Below are positions 10,230 through 19,620 of a DNA stretch of 64,000 nucleotides, in pieces; positions within the stretch are counted from its first letter, which is position 1, and every line of letters begins with the position of its first letter. The notes under the pieces were generated by a model. That model did no database searches. It was not told the DNA's origin and saw nothing but the letters and a program-made list of their open reading frames with translations. Made by a program: the position numbers and the translations under genes. Location: the NCBI GenBank assembly GCA_963793265.1, contig CAWBZI010000004.1, forward strand, positions 96,001 to 160,000, given 5' to 3'. The stretch comes from an uncultured cyanobacterium. GTDB taxonomy: Bacteria > Cyanobacteriota > Cyanobacteriia > Phormidesmidales > Phormidesmidaceae.

Positions 10230-11708
10230 ATGGCTTTATCTTTTAGGCGGTCTGTTCGTTGGTTGACAGTAGGCGGCATGATGATAGGCGCGATCGCCTG
10301 TAGCGCTTCTCAAGGTGCAGATGGCTTACAGGTTCGTCGCCTTACAAAGTCCCTCCCAATGCTGAATGATGATGGGACTTCAGTCTGTGCGATCAATGAA
10401 TCAGTGGTGACTAGAGGCGGTAGCTATAGCGCCAATGTGAATTTGACATCGAGTGTGGCACTGCCGGGGCGTAGCGGTGTGGATGTGGTGATGACCGGGC
10501 ACGGGGCGATCGCAGCGGTGAATAATGAGTCAGGCTCTACGCTGTATTGGCTAGATCCGGCGACGGGCGAAACGGTTCAGACGGTGGCTTTGCCAGGCTC
10601 GATTAGCGATATTGCTTTTGATGGGGCCGATGATGGCGATCGCACGACTGCGGGCGGGGTGCTGGCGATCGCGGCAGGCAACAAGGTGCTGCGGCTAGAT
10701 GTAGAGAGTGGTGAGGTGCTCAGTGAGATTGCTTTGGACGGGGTGAGCCGGGTGGCAATTTCGCCCGATGGGTTTGTGGGGGCGATCGCGAACAGAACCG
10801 TTTACCTCTACGATGCAGACAACACCGAAGTCTTTTCGAAATTTCGCGACTACACCGACGTGACAGACATTGAAGTGCGAAGCTGCGGCGATGCTCAGCT
10901 CGTGTACGATACGAGCTTTCGTAACACCTCTTTTGTTGATCTTCAGGGCAAACGAAATCCGGTTCAGATTGCTCGCTTGGAGGCTTTAGACTTTACGGGC
11001 GAGGTGCAGTGGTCTTTGTTTAGCGATAGTTCGGAATCGATTAAGCAAAACGTGGCCGATACGCGACTGTATCGAGTGACTTTGGGCCGCGATGGCTACT
11101 TGTATACCGGGGGGGAGAGCGCGGGCACTGCGACGATTTTTCGCTGGCGCGGTCAGCCGATGACTGAGGATGAACAAATTGGCAATACCCGTCCATTTTT
11201 AACTCAAATAGACGCCCATTCTCAATTGCATAACAGCGGTTCGGCGCATCTGTCTTACTACGCGCGGGTGCATCCAACCACAGGTGAACTGGTGACTTCG
11301 CAGATGAGCTTTCCGAGACTCTCGAATACGAAGGCAAATGCGATGCGGATGGGTGATATTGCCGGAGCGGCGGACGGCCGGGTCTATGTCGGTGGCGCGG
11401 CGAGTGCGTCTATTTTTAATCGGGAGAATTTGACGATTAATGGGGCGCTGGTAGGTGGGTATAGCGGTCAAGATCCGGCTTGGATGTCGGTAGCGCCTGA
11501 TTTTAGCGATCGCAACTTTTGGACAGTACTTGCCGAAGGCACCAATGCTAATGGAAGTGAAAACGCGGTAGAAAGCAGAGGCATCGTGCAGGGCGTCGAT
11601 GCGGGATATGGCTACAGCGCCGCGCTGAGTAACTTAGAGAGCGGCGCGGCTCCTGTAACGGTAGGAGATAGTGAAAGTACCGTTTTTGTTAGTTTTACAG
11701 CGCAATAA
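10230..11708 (+). CDS. Hypothetical secreted/lipoprotein, probable beta-propeller
   Basis: Hydrophobic N-terminus ending AIAC; repeated beta-blade-like segments (LYWLDPATGE, VAISPDG, RDGYLYTGG). Confidence 0.65.
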   Translation: MALSFRRSVRWLTVGGMMIGAIACSASQGADGLQVRRLTKSLPMLNDDGTSVCAINESVVTRGGSYSANVNLTSSVALPGRSGVDVVMTGHGAIAAVNNESGSTLYWLDPATGETVQTVALPGSISDIAFDGADDGDRTTAGGVLAIAAGNKVLRLDVESGEVLSEIALDGVSRVAISPDGFVGAIANRTVYLYDADNTEVFSKFRDYTDVTDIEVRSCGDAQLVYDTSFRNTSFVDLQGKRNPVQIARLEALDFTGEVQWSLFSDSSESIKQNVADTRLYRVTLGRDGYLYTGGESAGTATIFRWRGQPMTEDEQIGNTRPFLTQIDAHSQLHNSGSAHLSYYARVHPTTGELVTSQMSFPRLSNTKANAMRMGDIAGAADGRVYVGGAASASIFNRENLTINGALVGGYSGQDPAWMSVAPDFSDRNFWTVLAEGTNANGSENAVESRGIVQGVDAGYGYSAALSNLESGAAPVTVGDSESTVFVSFTAQ

Positions 11709-11770
11709 GGCTCACCGCCCTTGGCCATCTAATCGCTCTTCATGGGTCGATTTACTGTAGAATTCGAGCC

Positions 11771-12670
11771 ATGTTCGACTACATTTGCAAGTTTTTAATT
11801 GAGAACTTCTCTACCGACTTTGCCACCTGGCTAATAGGCAAGCCCATTACGCTAACCCGGCTTAGCCCAACCGAGCTATCGCTAGAGCCCATTCGCGCTG
11901 ATTCGATACTGCTATTACAGGCAGAAAAGATCATTCTCCACATAGAATTTCAGACCCGCGCTGACGGCAAAATTCCTTTTCGGATGCTCGATTACTGTGT
12001 TCGCATCCATCGCCAGTTCCCCAAAAAAGAACTGCGACAGTTCGTCATCTACTTAAAGCCAGGTGACGCGCCTAGCCTTTATCAATCGACCTTTGAGCTA
12101 CCGCGTACCCGGCACGAGTTCGATGTTATTCGTCTATGGGAACAGCCAGTCGAGCCATTTTTAGCTGAGCCAGGGCTTTTGCCTTTTGCAGCTCTAGCAC
12201 AGACAGAAGATCGCGCTGCCATACTCAGACAAGTCGCAGACCAGATCAGTGAGATAGCCGATGTTCAACTGCGCGGTAATATTTCTACATCAGCAGGTAT
12301 TCTGTCCACGTTAATATTGAACAAAGAACTCGTTAGCACCATTCTAGGCAGGAGCGTTATGCAGGATTCCGCACTCTACAGAAGTATTCTAGATGATGGC
12401 TTGGAGCAAGGACGTGAGCTGGGTATTCAATTAGGGCTTGAAGAAGGGCTTGAGAAAGGGCTTGAAAAAGGGCGCGAAGAAGGACGTGAAGAAGGGCAGC
12501 GTGAATTTCTGATAGATGTACTCACGATGAAACTAGGAGCACTGCCGGAGCCAGTGACAGCGGAGATACAAAAGCTGTCTCAAGCTGACCTACAAGCTTT
12601 GAAATCCTCTTTGTTTAGCCTTGAGTCACTGACAGATTTAGAGAATTGGCTGCGTGGGCGACAGGCTTAG
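11771..12670 (+). CDS. Rpn family recombination-promoting nuclease / putative transposase with DUF4351 C-terminus
   Basis: PIRADS, LHIEFQT (PD-(D/E)XK-like), RMLDY; GLEQG/GLEEG/GREEG repeats; ends DLENWL. Confidence 0.9.
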   Translation: MFDYICKFLIENFSTDFATWLIGKPITLTRLSPTELSLEPIRADSILLLQAEKIILHIEFQTRADGKIPFRMLDYCVRIHRQFPKKELRQFVIYLKPGDAPSLYQSTFELPRTRHEFDVIRLWEQPVEPFLAEPGLLPFAALAQTEDRAAILRQVADQISEIADVQLRGNISTSAGILSTLILNKELVSTILGRSVMQDSALYRSILDDGLEQGRELGIQLGLEEGLEKGLEKGREEGREEGQREFLIDVLTMKLGALPEPVTAEIQKLSQADLQALKSSLFSLESLTDLENWLRGRQA

Positions 12671-12689
12671 CGGCTGTTTAACGTTTATT

Positions 12690-14195
12690 ATGCGTCGTCG
12701 CTCTTATTTACTACTGGTTGCAATCAGCATTCTGATTGGCGTAGGGCTGCTGCTGGGCGTGGTGAGTTCTCTTGGGCAGCTCTATGGTGCGATCGCTTCT
12801 CAATCTCGCCTGCTAGCCCAAGCCGTCATTACCCTGATTCTCATAGCCTTGCTCGGCGCGCTCGGTATATTGACATACTACGCCTTATTGTTTCTGCGGC
12901 CTAGGCGTAAGCGTACCGTAACTTTGCCCGATCAGCCTGATGAAGTGGCGGCAGTTAGCTTGCAGGCCGCTCAGCAGCAGGTGAGCCAAATAGAAGATGA
13001 AATTGCCCGGCAGGCTTTGGCCGAGCGTTCAGCGCTATTGGCACAAAGGCTTGAGGAACAAACGTTTCAACTGGTAGTGTTTGGCTTGGGCTCGGCGGGT
13101 AAAACAGCGCTGGTGAATGCGCTGCTAGGAGAGATGGCCGCGCCTGTAGCGGCTACTTTAGGCACGACTCAATCAGCGCAGACCTACAAAGTTGCATTAG
13201 GCTCAGGTCGCATCAAGGGTGGGCGTGGCGGTGAGCAGGAAATTTTGATTACAGATACGCCTGGGTTGCTGGAGGCGGGTGTGTTTGGGACGCAACGGGC
13301 AGAGGCGGCAAAGGCGCTAGCGGCGCAGGCTGATTTGTTGCTGTTTGTGGTGGATAATGATTTGCATCGGGCGGAGTATGAGCCGCTGCGGATGCTGGTA
13401 CAGATGGGTAAGCGATCGCTGCTGGTATTAAATAAGCGTGATCGCTATTTACCTGCTGAAAAAACACAGATTATGCGACAGTTGCGGGCGCGAACGCGGG
13501 GATTGATTGCGCCTGAAGATGTGGTGGAGACAGCGGCTAAGCCTTCTCCTGTTTTTGTGAGCGATGGCACTTATGTTCAGCCTGAACCAGATATTGCGGT
13601 TCTAGTTGACCGGATTATCGCAGTGCTGCGTAACGAGGGCTCGGACTTAATCGCAAACAATTTGTTGTTGCAGTCGCAGCGAATTAGTGATGACGCTAAA
13701 TTTCTATTGAGTACGCAAAGGCAGCAGCAGGCGGAGGCGATTATTGACCGCTATCAGTGGATTGGGGCGGGGGTATTGGCGGCCACGCCTTTGCCGGTTG
13801 TGGATATGCTGGCGGCGGCGGCAGTGAATGCTCAAATGGTGGTGGAGCTGGGCCGTGTGTATGGGGTGGAGGTGAGTATCGAGGAGGCTAAGGCGCTGGC
13901 GGTGTCGCTGGCGAAGACGATGGCGGCGCTGAGTTTGGCGAAAGGTGTAATGAAGATGCTGGCGGTAGGATTGCAGGCGAATGTGGCGACGGCGGTGGCG
14001 AGTAAGCTAGTGCAAGGGGCGAGTGCGGCGTATTTGACGCGGATTGCGGGCAAGAGCTTTGTGGTTTATTTTCAGGCTAATCAGGACTGGGGCGATCGCG
14101 GCATTCAGGCCGTCGTAGAGCAGCAATACCAGCTCAATCGCCGGGACGAATTCGTCAAGCAGTTTTTACGCAGCGCCGTCAAAAAATTAGCCTGA
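12690..14195 (+). CDS. YcjF/DUF697 family membrane-anchored GTPase
   Basis: Two N-terminal TM helices, GLGSAGKT, DTPG, NKRD; C-terminal PLPVVD...NAQMV. Confidence 0.85.
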   Translation: MRRRSYLLLVAISILIGVGLLLGVVSSLGQLYGAIASQSRLLAQAVITLILIALLGALGILTYYALLFLRPRRKRTVTLPDQPDEVAAVSLQAAQQQVSQIEDEIARQALAERSALLAQRLEEQTFQLVVFGLGSAGKTALVNALLGEMAAPVAATLGTTQSAQTYKVALGSGRIKGGRGGEQEILITDTPGLLEAGVFGTQRAEAAKALAAQADLLLFVVDNDLHRAEYEPLRMLVQMGKRSLLVLNKRDRYLPAEKTQIMRQLRARTRGLIAPEDVVETAAKPSPVFVSDGTYVQPEPDIAVLVDRIIAVLRNEGSDLIANNLLLQSQRISDDAKFLLSTQRQQQAEAIIDRYQWIGAGVLAATPLPVVDMLAAAAVNAQMVVELGRVYGVEVSIEEAKALAVSLAKTMAALSLAKGVMKMLAVGLQANVATAVASKLVQGASAAYLTRIAGKSFVVYFQANQDWGDRGIQAVVEQQYQLNRRDEFVKQFLRSAVKKLA

Positions 14196-14198
14196 CTT

Positions 14199-15146
14199 CT
14201 AAAGCTTCTGACCTACTATCGTACGGTGACGTGGATCGCTGGGAACGGTTATGATCTTTATAAAACCGCTTTCCTGGAGGGCACTTTCTACGTCAAAGGT
14301 GTAGTAGTCATCGCTCCAGGGTTCGGTGCTTTTCATCAGGGTGAAGAGGACAGGTGGGAGGCTTTGGATGACGGGTGATTGAGGATTGTTGTCTACGATG
14401 GCAATGTGTCCTTTGGGCTTTAACAGTCGATAGGTTTCTTGAAATATTTCGCAAGTAGCCTGGCGCGGCAGTTCGTGAATAGCAAACTGTAGCGTGATCA
14501 GATCAAAGGATTCGCTGGGTAGATTGGTGTCTTCTGCTTTGGCGTGTAGCCATTGGGAAATATTGTTGCTCTTGTCCTGAAGTTTGGCGACTGAGAGCAT
14601 GTAGGGCGAAAGGTCTAGCCCAATTGTTTTGACGGGCGTGTTTTGAGACTTTTGATAGTAGCTGTGGACGGCTTGGGTTGAAATGCCGACTGAACAGCCA
14701 ATATCGAGAATGTCGTTGACTGGGCCAGAGATTTGTTGCGATAAGACCTGGTGGAAACTGTTGCGCAGGCGGTCTTGGGCGGCTTGCCAGGTAAGGGCTT
14801 CTTGGGGCCACACTCTTAGGGCCATAGAATAGGTGGCTGATTCTGCTTCAAAGGCGGCGGGCCAGCATAGGTTGCCTTGGTCGTAGGCGTGGAAGGGGAC
14901 TTGGTAATAGTCTGGGTAGGTGACGGTTGGGTTTGAGAGAGTAGCGATCGCTTGCTGGGCCTCCGAATCCTCTAGAACCTTATAGTTCTCACGCCACGGG
15001 ATGCCGTTTTTCTCAGCAGTTTTGATCAGTACACGCCGGGCCTGAGATTTCATGACGCTATAGATGGGTTTAGTCTGAATCAACAGGTTTACAAAGCGAG
15101 AGAGAAGGTCGTCGCCCGCCCAGTTTGGTTTGGTTTTGGTGTTCAT
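14199..15146 (-). CDS. Class I SAM-dependent methyltransferase
   Basis: ILDIGCSVG motif I, GLDLSPYML, YRLLKPKG. Confidence 0.9.
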   Translation of the reverse strand: MNTKTKPNWAGDDLLSRFVNLLIQTKPIYSVMKSQARRVLIKTAEKNGIPWRENYKVLEDSEAQQAIATLSNPTVTYPDYYQVPFHAYDQGNLCWPAAFEAESATYSMALRVWPQEALTWQAAQDRLRNSFHQVLSQQISGPVNDILDIGCSVGISTQAVHSYYQKSQNTPVKTIGLDLSPYMLSVAKLQDKSNNISQWLHAKAEDTNLPSESFDLITLQFAIHELPRQATCEIFQETYRLLKPKGHIAIVDNNPQSPVIQSLPPVLFTLMKSTEPWSDDYYTFDVESALQESGFIKIITVPSDPRHRTIVGQKL

Positions 15147-16015
15147 GCGATTTTGCCGTCTTCAATTAGGGCCGATTGGGTCCAAACGCCGCGATTGTCG
15201 TAGTAGCGAATTAGGCGCGTTCGAGTTAGCGTTGACTTGTCAAATCGCTCTCTACTTTCTCTTAGCCATCCGACTTCAACCCTAAACTCGACGCCCTTTT
15301 TAATGACGTGAGGAATTAAACAATAGGCTCCATTAGGCAGTGGCATCAACTGATAGTCAATCTTTCCATTTAGCAGAATCGGCTTGTTTGAGTTGAGATC
15401 TAAATCGCGATTGTTTGTCAAAGAAAGGACTTTAGTATTCTCATCAAAAGTATCGCTACAGCTAAGGGCCGTACTCTCAAAAGACCACTGGCTAGTGCCT
15501 GTCGTGGGTGCGGCCATCGTGGCATGTAGTATAGAACTCTCTCCTTTCCATTCTCCTAATAGCTGCGTAGGCAAGGTGTCGGCTTCTATAAACTGAGTGC
15601 CGCCTGTTTGGGTTTCTCGAATGAGCGTGACGTACTCTATTTCGTGATTGCCTTTTACCGTGCTGCTGTACATGATGACAAATCGAACGCGTCTGTCGCC
15701 TACTTTTAAAGACATTTCAGCGCCAAACTGGCCGAAGGGCGTCCATTGAGCTGAGCCCTGAGAGAATGCGCCAGTTTCAAAGAAACAGATGTAGGGCGCA
15801 GGGCCAGGGGCAGAAAAGGAGCGTTGGGTAACATCAGTTGTGCCATCAGCGGGGGTGCGCTTTAGCGTGAGCTGCATCGTTTTGTCAGCTTCGGTTTCTT
15901 CTAGCGTCAAAACGCTGGGCGTGTCTTTGAGCTGTTCTCCTTTTGCCGAAAACTTTGTGAAGGAACCGTGCCAGGTGCCGATGTTTTGTTGAATGCATTG
16001 CCACTGGTTTTTCAT
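15143..16015 (-). CDS. DUF3598 family protein
   Basis: QW...QNIGTWHGSFT, GAFSQGS and RLIRYYD motifs; overlaps both neighbours, so probably an operon. Confidence 0.8.
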   Translation of the reverse strand: MKNQWQCIQQNIGTWHGSFTKFSAKGEQLKDTPSVLTLEETEADKTMQLTLKRTPADGTTDVTQRSFSAPGPAPYICFFETGAFSQGSAQWTPFGQFGAEMSLKVGDRRVRFVIMYSSTVKGNHEIEYVTLIRETQTGGTQFIEADTLPTQLLGEWKGESSILHATMAAPTTGTSQWSFESTALSCSDTFDENTKVLSLTNNRDLDLNSNKPILLNGKIDYQLMPLPNGAYCLIPHVIKKGVEFRVEVGWLRESRERFDKSTLTRTRLIRYYDNRGVWTQSALIEDGKIA

Positions 16016-16734
16016 CAGGTTTTTGCTTCTGTTAAGGAGACTTCAGTCTCGTTTAGGGGTGGCCGGATGGAGAGGTAGAACAGAATGCCCAATAGCGGTA
16101 TTAAGGTGGCTGTCCAAAATAAAGCTGTTCCATAGGAAGTCTCCCACAGATTTCGCTTTGCCATGTCGTCTCTTAACAAGGGCGAAACAATGGCGCACAG
16201 CATACAAAAGTCCAGACTCATGACGTTGATGAACCGGGTGGTATGCCACTGTTGGATGAAGTCGCTCCAGTTGGCAGCCAAGCTACCGTTAAAGAGGCCA
16301 TAGCTGAGAAGTGCTAGGGCGCTGAGGAGGAGCAGGCGGCCCGTCCAGACCGAATCGAGGACTTTAAGGAGGGTGCTTTTTGCAGCGCTAAAAGTTGGAT
16401 TGTCGTTGCGCAGGGCAAGGTAGGGCAATATCGCAAAAGCACCTACGCCAAAGGAGATAGCGACGAAGGGCCAGGCTCTGAGCTTTTGATCTGCGCCATC
16501 AATTAGGGCTAGGCAGGCGTAGATAGCGGGCCAGACGCCCATCAGATTAAATAAGGAGACGATAAGCGGGTTAATATCTGTCCACTGGCCGGTCGAGAGT
16601 CTGATGATGAGATCAGGTGTGCTGGGCTGTGAGGGTGGAGCAAGGGTGAAGGCATATACGCTGAATCCGAGCCACAGCAGGGCAAAGCTAATTTTTCTGA
16701 CGCTAATCTTTTCAGAGCTAATCTTTTCAGGCAT
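16015..16734 (-). CDS. DUF2834-like membrane protein
   Basis: LFNLMGVWP, FAILPYLALR, VMSLDF; multiple TM segments. Confidence 0.75.
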   Translation of the reverse strand: MPEKISSEKISVRKISFALLWLGFSVYAFTLAPPSQPSTPDLIIRLSTGQWTDINPLIVSLFNLMGVWPAIYACLALIDGADQKLRAWPFVAISFGVGAFAILPYLALRNDNPTFSAAKSTLLKVLDSVWTGRLLLLSALALLSYGLFNGSLAANWSDFIQQWHTTRFINVMSLDFCMLCAIVSPLLRDDMAKRNLWETSYGTALFWTATLIPLLGILFYLSIRPPLNETEVSLTEAKT

Positions 16735-17002
16735 TGTTGGCTACCCACTGCGAAGGGGTGAATCGCTTCATTTCTGAGAGAGTTTTTGAATGTTTACGGT
16801 GGTTCATAAAGTTTTTAGTGACTATGTTACCAAGCCGACTCATTCGATCACAGGGGCATCTTTGAACACTATCTTAAGGATCGATTGATCCTATTTCTGC
16901 TTTTCTAAGCTTTTTTCTCCTACCGCTTTTCCTCTTAACGTTTTCCAAACGACTCATGCTCTCAGTCTATCTATTCGGGAGCGACCTTTACTGGGCTACT
17001 TT

Positions 17003-17833
17003 ATGCGATCGCAAGACATCCTACGCCTTTACGAAGAAGGCTATCGAGACTTCAAAGGACTCCATTTGGTAGGCGCTGACTTTAGCGGCCAAATTCTGGT
17101 GGGGGTTAACTTTGCCGGTAGCGATTTGAGTGGCGCTAACTTTAGCCGGGCGTTTTTAACCAAGGCTAACTTTGCTAATGCGAATCTGAGCCGAGCGAGC
17201 TTTACGTTTGCCAAAATGAGCGATAGCCGGTTTACGCAGGCGACGCTAACCAAGGCAAACTTTCAGGGCGCTTTTGGCGTACGGGCTAATTTTACGCGGG
17301 CACGAGTGAGCGGCGCTCATTTGGCACATGTCAATCTACGAGCGGGTGAATTGGTTGGGACGAACTTTAGCGGAGCGAATTTGACGGGCGCTAACCTGCG
17401 GAATACTCAGCTTACGGGTGCTAATTTTTCCTGGGCTAATCTGAGCGGGGTCAGGCTGATTGGGAGTGCGATCGCTCAGGCTCAGCTCAACGGTGCGAAC
17501 TTTGAACGGGCCTTTTTGAACGGGCTCAATTTTAGCAATATGGATCTGAGCGGCGTTAGCTTTAAAGAGGCTCGGCTAAAGGGTGCAACGTTTAAAGAGG
17601 CTGATTTGACGGCGGCAAACTTCAGCGAAGCGAGCTTACAAAACAGTGACTTTCAAGATGCTCAGCTAGCGGGCGCAAATTTTGACTGGGCACATTTGCA
17701 CCGCGCTAAGTTTCATAAGGCAGACCTGCGCCGGGTGAATGGCGAAAATGTGGACTGGTCAGAGGCTGATTTAGCAGGTGCCTGTGTGGATGAAGCGATC
17801 GCATTTGACTCCATGGCTAGCGTACATGGCTGA
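17003..17833 (+). CDS. Pentapeptide repeat protein
   Basis: Continuous A(N/D)(L/F)xx repeats after YEEGYRDF. Confidence 0.95.
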   Translation: MRSQDILRLYEEGYRDFKGLHLVGADFSGQILVGVNFAGSDLSGANFSRAFLTKANFANANLSRASFTFAKMSDSRFTQATLTKANFQGAFGVRANFTRARVSGAHLAHVNLRAGELVGTNFSGANLTGANLRNTQLTGANFSWANLSGVRLIGSAIAQAQLNGANFERAFLNGLNFSNMDLSGVSFKEARLKGATFKEADLTAANFSEASLQNSDFQDAQLAGANFDWAHLHRAKFHKADLRRVNGENVDWSEADLAGACVDEAIAFDSMASVHG

Positions 17834-17851
17834 GCGTAAGTGGCCCAAACC

Positions 17852-18454
17852 TTAGAACTTTTCGGCGGCTAGGGTTTTATCGTCATATTTGTAACGACTG
17901 CTGCGGTCGGTGATGCCGTATAGGTTAAAAGAAATGGTGGGTTCGTCGCCGACGGGTGCGACCTGGTGAACGGCGTTACTGGTAAAGCCGATGATGTCGC
18001 CGGGATAGAGCATTTTTTCGCCTGCGGGTGTGATCGCCTCAGAACTGCCCGAGTCTTTAGTCCAAAAAGTATTTTTCTCCTGTCCACCGATGATGGCGAC
18101 AATGCCCCAGGTGGCGTGATTGTGAATGGTAGACGCGCTACCGGGTGCCCACACAACCATCTGCACGGTGATGGGATATTCGTGCTCGCGATAGAGAAAT
18201 TTGACTGACCAGCCGGTTTTTTCAGACGGTGGATCGTGCTCCATTTGCAGCCAGTAGGAGCTGATGAGCAGCTTGCGGACGAGTGGAATGATCGCTTGAA
18301 CTCTCAGGGCGTCATCAGGCTCGCGCTCCAAGATGTCTTCTAGTTCCGTGAGAAATCGATAGAGCCGGTAGGTTTTTTCGGGCGGCTCGTTGTCGATAGT
18401 GCCAAAAGATTTGCACTGTCCATCGTCAGTGACTAGCCAGTTGTGGTTACTCAT
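17852..18454 (-). CDS. Cupin / cysteine dioxygenase-like protein
   Basis: WAPGSASTIHNHATWG and AVHQV His triad; start at MSNHNW. Confidence 0.8.
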   Translation of the reverse strand: MSNHNWLVTDDGQCKSFGTIDNEPPEKTYRLYRFLTELEDILEREPDDALRVQAIIPLVRKLLISSYWLQMEHDPPSEKTGWSVKFLYREHEYPITVQMVVWAPGSASTIHNHATWGIVAIIGGQEKNTFWTKDSGSSEAITPAGEKMLYPGDIIGFTSNAVHQVAPVGDEPTISFNLYGITDRSSRYKYDDKTLAAEKF

Positions 18455-18525
18455 AAGCGGCTCATACGGGCGGGAAAGGGATGTGAGATAAAGAGAGTGT
18501 TGAATCGGCTTTAGGAGCGATCTAT

Positions 18526-19449
18526 ATGATACGGCCAATGCGTGTGATGTTTGTGCTGTTAGGGCTAGTAGTCGGTTGTCAGGGCGATTTGCTCAGCGTT
18601 GCTCCGGCAATAGAGCCGATGGACGCAGTGGTTTGTGAGTCGCAAGCCGGGTTTGCTTTTGTGGCTGAGGGCGACTTTGTGGCGGGGAGCGATCGCGCTG
18701 AACGTGACTATGCCTATCGTATTACAGCCGAGGGCTTTGCTGATGATCCTGCTGACGTGGCAAGTGCTGAAGCAGGCTATCGCAAAAACGGCTGGTTTGA
18801 CCGAGAGCCTGATCGCCAAACAGTGAATTTGCCTGCTTTTTGCATGAGTGAAAATCTGATTACGAACGTGGACTATCAGGTTTTTGTGCGGGCGACAGGG
18901 CATGAAGTTCCTGGTATTTCGGCAGCAGCCTATCAGCAGCAGGGCTTTTTAGTCCATGACTACAGCGAAGTGGAACCTTATCTGTGGCAGGGCGATCAGT
19001 ATCCAGCAGGTAAAGGGCAGCATCCTGTCGTGCTGGTATCTTATGAGGATGCTTTGGCCTACGCGCAGTGGCGATCGGAGCGGGACGGGGTGACCTACCG
19101 GTTGCCGAGTGATTTGGAGTGGGAGAAGGCGGCGCGAGGGACGGATGGGCGTTATTTTCCTTGGGGAAGTGACTGGCGTAATGAAGCGACTAACTGGGCG
19201 AAGAATGGGCCGACGGGGACGAGTGCGATCGCTACTTATCCCCTTAGCCGCAGCACTTACGGCATCGAAGATATGGCGGGCAACGTCTTTGAATACACCA
19301 GTACCCTCGTCGATAAACCGGTGCCTGAAGTAATTCTGAAAGGCTGCGGATGGGACGACTATCCTGGCTTTTGCCGCGCGGCCTATGAGCACGATCGTCC
19401 GCTAAACTCAAAGCACATTTTGTTTGGCTTTCGCCTAGTGATGGATTGA
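18526..19449 (+). CDS. Formylglycine-generating enzyme (SUMF1/EgtB/PvdO) family lipoprotein
   Basis: Lipobox VVGC; HPVVLVS, RLPSDLEWEKAARG, DMAGNVFE, FGFRLV. Confidence 0.88.
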   Translation: MIRPMRVMFVLLGLVVGCQGDLLSVAPAIEPMDAVVCESQAGFAFVAEGDFVAGSDRAERDYAYRITAEGFADDPADVASAEAGYRKNGWFDREPDRQTVNLPAFCMSENLITNVDYQVFVRATGHEVPGISAAAYQQQGFLVHDYSEVEPYLWQGDQYPAGKGQHPVVLVSYEDALAYAQWRSERDGVTYRLPSDLEWEKAARGTDGRYFPWGSDWRNEATNWAKNGPTGTSAIATYPLSRSTYGIEDMAGNVFEYTSTLVDKPVPEVILKGCGWDDYPGFCRAAYEHDRPLNSKHILFGFRLVMD

Positions 19450-19620
19450 CACTCCCACGGCTAAAGCGCATGGGATTCTTCTTTCTACGAGGCGACTTGC
19501 TCAAGCTTTGCCGAAGCAGGGCTGAGTAGCGGTCATCTCTCCAGAAGCGTTTACTCTGACAGGCAGAGTCGTTCCCACATGCCCTGTGGTACGTATCCCA
19601 GCGCTGAGTATATTCAGCGC
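19426..19620 (-). ncRNA. Predicted TnpB omega/reRNA (5' end approximate) plus flank-derived guide
   Basis: By analogy to TnpB systems: the scaffold overlaps the tnpB 3' end and ends at TCAA (19446); the guide would be UCCAUCACUAGGCGAAAGCC. Confidence 0.6.

Noticed and set aside
18526..19449. FGE protein as SenA/EgtB (selenoneine or ergothioneine synthesis)
   Set aside because: No DinB-like N-terminal domain, it has a lipoprotein signal, it lies 30 kb from selD, and no senB is adjacent.
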